From Ignisphaera sp. (GTDB lineage Archaea > Thermoproteota > Thermoprotei_A > Sulfolobales > Ignisphaeraceae): DNA of 64,000 bases. A model generated the notes under the pieces. It searched no databases. It was not told the origin of the DNA and saw only the letters and a program-made list of their open reading frames with translations. The DNA is taken from positions 1-64,000 of the forward strand of contig JAWAHS010000001.1 in assembly GCA_038889075.1 (NCBI GenBank). Reading direction: 5' to 3'. Shown here in pieces: positions 60,862 to 64,000 of this stretch. The position numbers and the translations under genes were made by a program. The first letter of the stretch is position 1, and each line of letters opens with the position of its first letter.

Positions 60862-61239
60862 ATGGTTATAGAACTATTTGATGAAAATGAATACAGGGAA
60901 ACGATTTTCAGGGACGGTATAACTGTCGTAGGGATAGCTAGTAAGGGAACTAGATTATGGAGATACCTAGAGATGCTTCTAAGAAAGCTTGAATCCCATT
61001 TTGATTCGAGTACTAAGGTGGCTATAGCAGATGTAAATGTTATTAAAAATATGTTACAGGAATTTGAAACAAAGGTAGCTAAACAAAGAACCATAATAAA
61101 GGTTTTTGTAAATGGTACATGCATATTTATGCAAGAAGATGTGACCGAGAATGTTGCCAACGACATAGAAATGCTTAGAAGGGGGATAAAAGATAGTCTA
61201 AGGAGATATTCTATAAATGTAAGGCTTACTGTAAAGTGA
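60862..61239 (+). CDS. Thioredoxin-fold protein lacking CxxC
   Basis: IEL.DENE...TVV...(GTRLW at the CxxC position)...KVAIADV...VFVNG pattern. Confidence 0.65.
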   Translation: MVIELFDENEYRETIFRDGITVVGIASKGTRLWRYLEMLLRKLESHFDSSTKVAIADVNVIKNMLQEFETKVAKQRTIIKVFVNGTCIFMQEDVTENVANDIEMLRRGIKDSLRRYSINVRLTVK

Positions 61240-61248
61240 TTGTGAACA

Positions 61249-62118
61249 ATGTATACTGGGGAAGTATCTATACAATGTAGTTCTTGTAGAAAGAGAGATG
61301 CGGTATTTAAGAGAAGAACCTCTGGTGAAAAACTATGCAGGCTGTGTCTATATAGCAGTATAGTCAAGCAGATTAGAAAGGCACTCCACTATTATAAAAT
61401 GATTAAAAAGAATTCCAATGCAGCATTCCTAATCATGGCGAACAAACCGCTACTATCTTTAGCCGCCCTTTCAGTATACGAATCGGCTGTAAGGGATTTC
61501 AATATCGATATAACGGTGCTGTGTTTCGACAAATATACAGATTGCGGCAAGATTAGTAGTTCTATAAAAGCAAGCAATCATAAATTAATTGAAGTGAAAG
61601 ATCGATTCATAGCAAGGAACTTTATAGAGTGGCTCAAGTATGGGGAGTACATGGCGGTAAAAATTGCAAGGGAATCTAACATAGAATTCATAGCAGTTCC
61701 TCTATACAGGGACGAGCTATCTATTTTATCACTATTTGGGTTGTTAACTGCCTCTAGAACTATTTTCAGTGAAGGATTGCCGATCAGAGAAGTAAATGAT
61801 ATTAAAATAACGAGACCCTTCTATTATGTTGTTTCAAATGATATGACCTATTTAGCATCAACATCCAAATCCATAATGGAGATAGATTTGAATGAGCATA
61901 AATTTGAAGAGGAAACCAATTTTTTTAAACATGCGAAAGCGATTCTGCAGAATTCTCCGGAGTTGATGTATTCCAGCAGTAAATCAGCTGAATTATTACA
62001 GAGCTATATATTTGGAAGGTCTAAAAAATGTAGATACTGTGGCTCTTATGATGTTAGTGATATATGTAGCTACTGTGAGAGAATTAGAAAACATGTAGAT
62101 GATGAAGAAATAAGTTAA
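61249..62118 (+). CDS. TtuA/Ncs6 (CTU1)-like protein with degenerate PP-loop (probable pseudoenzyme)
   Basis: N-terminal CSSC...SGEKLCRLC and C-terminal CRYCG..CSYC retained; SGGKDS, central CxxC and GHNLDD absent. Confidence 0.75.
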   Translation: MYTGEVSIQCSSCRKRDAVFKRRTSGEKLCRLCLYSSIVKQIRKALHYYKMIKKNSNAAFLIMANKPLLSLAALSVYESAVRDFNIDITVLCFDKYTDCGKISSSIKASNHKLIEVKDRFIARNFIEWLKYGEYMAVKIARESNIEFIAVPLYRDELSILSLFGLLTASRTIFSEGLPIREVNDIKITRPFYYVVSNDMTYLASTSKSIMEIDLNEHKFEEETNFFKHAKAILQNSPELMYSSSKSAELLQSYIFGRSKKCRYCGSYDVSDICSYCERIRKHVDDEEIS

Positions 62119-62142
62119 ACAATTGAGAAGCAAGACCTCATG

Positions 62143-62154
62143 AAAGCTTATATA
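62143..62154 (+). promoter_or_regulatory. BRE/TATA promoter of the thermosome gene
   Basis: AAAGCTTATATA about 35 bp upstream of the ATG; the same AAAGCTTAT motif occurs at 461, about 5300 and about 39668. Confidence 0.6.
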
Positions 62155-62188
62155 GAACCTCTGCAGTTGAACCCAATTGGTGTAAGAT

Positions 62189-63880
62189 ATGGCACTGTAT
62201 GGAGTACCTGTACTGATACTTAAGGAGGGCACATCCAGAACACATGGGAAGGAGGCATTAAGAGCTAATATAATGGCGGCTAGGGTGCTTGCAGAAATAT
62301 TACGTACTAGCCTAGGTCCTAGAGGACTGGATAAGATGCTTGTAGATAGTTTCGGAGATATAACAGTAACAAATGACGGAGCTGCTATAGTTAAGGAAAT
62401 AGAAGTTCAGCATCCATCGGCAAAGCTATTGGTAGAGGCGGCTAAGGCCGTTGACGCTGAGGTTGGTGATGGTACAACATCAGTTGTAGTACTGGCCGGT
62501 TCGCTGCTAGAAAAGGCTGAACAACTTCTCGATCAAGGGGTACATCCAACAACGATTATAGAAGGCTATAAGAAGGCTCTCAATAAAGCATTAGAGATAC
62601 TCGATGAAATAGGTATTAAAGTAACTGTTGGAAATCTTGAAAAACAAGAGGATAGAGAGAGAGCTAAGCAGGAATTGAAGAAAGCATTACATACAGCCCT
62701 TGCTAGTAAGTATATAGCAACACCTGATGTTATAGATAAGTTGATGGACATGATCCTTGAGGCAGCATTTACAGTAGCAGAGAGAAGAGATGATGGTACA
62801 TATGATGTTAAGCTTGATATGGTTAAAATAGAAAAGAAGAGAGGAGGAAGCTTACTGGATAGTCAGCTTGTCTATGGTATTGTTCTTGATAAGGAGGTTG
62901 TGCATCCAGCAATGCCTAGAAGGGTTGAGAATGCAAGAATAGCACTCCTAGATGCACCACTAGAGATAGAAAAGCCAGACATAACAGCAAAAATAAACAT
63001 AACATCACCCGAACAAATAAGGTCGTTCCTAGAAGAAGAAGCGAAGATTCTTAGGGATATGGTTGAGAAGCTTGCTTCTGTTGGTGCTACGGTTGTTATA
63101 TGTCAGAAGGGTATTGATGATGTTGCTCAGCACTATCTTGCTAAAAAGGGTATTATGGCTGTTAGAAGGGTTAAGAGAAGCGATATGGAGAAGCTAGAGA
63201 GAGCAACAGGAGGAAGAATAGTTACAAGTGTAAGAGATTTGACTGAGAGGGATTTGGGTGTTTGTGAGGTTGTTGAGGAGAGGAGGGTAGGAAACGATAA
63301 GATGGTGTTTGTAGAGAGGTGTAAGAATCCAAGAGCTGTAACAATACTACTGAGAGGGGCTAATGACATGCTCTTAGATGAAGTTGAAAGAAGTATAAAT
63401 GATGGTCTAAATACTGTAAGAAATATTCTGAGAGATCCTAAGATTGCATTTGGAGGAGGTGCTGTAGAAATCGAGGTTGCTATGAGGTTACGTAAATGGG
63501 CTGAAAGCGTTGGTGGCAGGGAACAACTTGCTATTTTAGCGTTTGCTGATGCATTAGAGGAGATACCTTCGATCTTAGCGCAAACAGCTGGTATGGATGT
63601 ACTGGGAACCATAATGGAGCTAAGAAGACATCATGCAGAAGGAAAAATAACAGCTGGTGTAGACGTTATTAATGGCAAGGTTACAGAAGATATTAGTGTA
63701 CTAAATGTAGTAGAGCCTGTAATAGTTAAGAAACAAATTATAAAAAGTGCAACAGAAACAGCTTCAGCCATCCTAAAGATAGATGATGTAATAGCAGCGT
63801 CTCCAAAGAGAGAAGAAAAGGGTAAGAAGGAAGAGAAGAAGGAGGAAGAGGAGACAGGTAGCAAATTACCACAATACTAA
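62189..63880 (+). CDS. thsA: Thermosome (group II chaperonin) subunit, probably alpha
   Basis: [31 protein letters not shown]. Confidence 0.95.
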   Translation: MALYGVPVLILKEGTSRTHGKEALRANIMAARVLAEILRTSLGPRGLDKMLVDSFGDITVTNDGAAIVKEIEVQHPSAKLLVEAAKAVDAEVGDGTTSVVVLAGSLLEKAEQLLDQGVHPTTIIEGYKKALNKALEILDEIGIKVTVGNLEKQEDRERAKQELKKALHTALASKYIATPDVIDKLMDMILEAAFTVAERRDDGTYDVKLDMVKIEKKRGGSLLDSQLVYGIVLDKEVVHPAMPRRVENARIALLDAPLEIEKPDITAKINITSPEQIRSFLEEEAKILRDMVEKLASVGATVVICQKGIDDVAQHYLAKKGIMAVRRVKRSDMEKLERATGGRIVTSVRDLTERDLGVCEVVEERRVGNDKMVFVERCKNPRAVTILLRGANDMLLDEVERSINDGLNTVRNILRDPKIAFGGGAVEIEVAMRLRKWAESVGGREQLAILAFADALEEIPSILAQTAGMDVLGTIMELRRHHAEGKITAGVDVINGKVTEDISVLNVVEPVIVKKQIIKSATETASAILKIDDVIAASPKREEKGKKEEKKEEEETGSKLPQY

Positions 63881-64000
63881 AACACTCATTTTATAGAGAA
63901 TAATCTCCGTGTACTATAGTGGGATTTTTATTAAACCACAAATTCATGAAACCTTTTTTTATCGTTCTCTAAAACACTTCCACTGCCTGAGTCTTACACG

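Noticed and set aside
483-63864. Numerous antisense or overlapping ORFs in the track (e.g. 483-815, 28785-29402, 60792-61367, 63133-63612)
   Set aside because: Shadow ORFs opposite well-supported genes; Ser/Ile-rich with no motifs
1-64000. CRISPR array, tRNA or rRNA genes
   Set aside because: No regularly spaced repeats, cloverleaf sequences or long GC-rich RNA islands were seen

Overview
AT-rich, gene-dense chromosomal window from a crenarchaeon. A Desulfurococcales, Ignisphaera-like origin is inferred from gene content and protein style, not from a database search. Most of it is housekeeping: tfb, rpoP (missed by the ORF track), eIF1, ilvA, a pyrF-E-B-I-K-C-D operon, dcd, rnhB, phosphohexomutase, TIP49, leuS, cysS, pncB, thiL, tetraether synthase, class II ribonucleotide reductase and a thermosome subunit. 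There is no CRISPR array, rRNA or tRNA. Features not shown in the ORF track are seven box C/D guide sRNAs (three with guides matching typical tRNA sequences), two degraded IS200/IS605/IS607 remnants, an apparent ATA start codon for pyrC, and an exact 37-bp copy of the nrdJ 5' coding sequence in its own upstream region. The best candidates for undescribed biology are: (1) a tandem Hfq/Sm-fold protein translationally coupled to a THUMP protein; (2) an operon of a Zn-ribbon protein, a Cys-less thioredoxin and a catalytically dead TtuA/Ncs6 paralog (Ctu2-like); (3) an orphan TGT/DpdA-like transglycosylase. All family calls come from motif recognition by eye.
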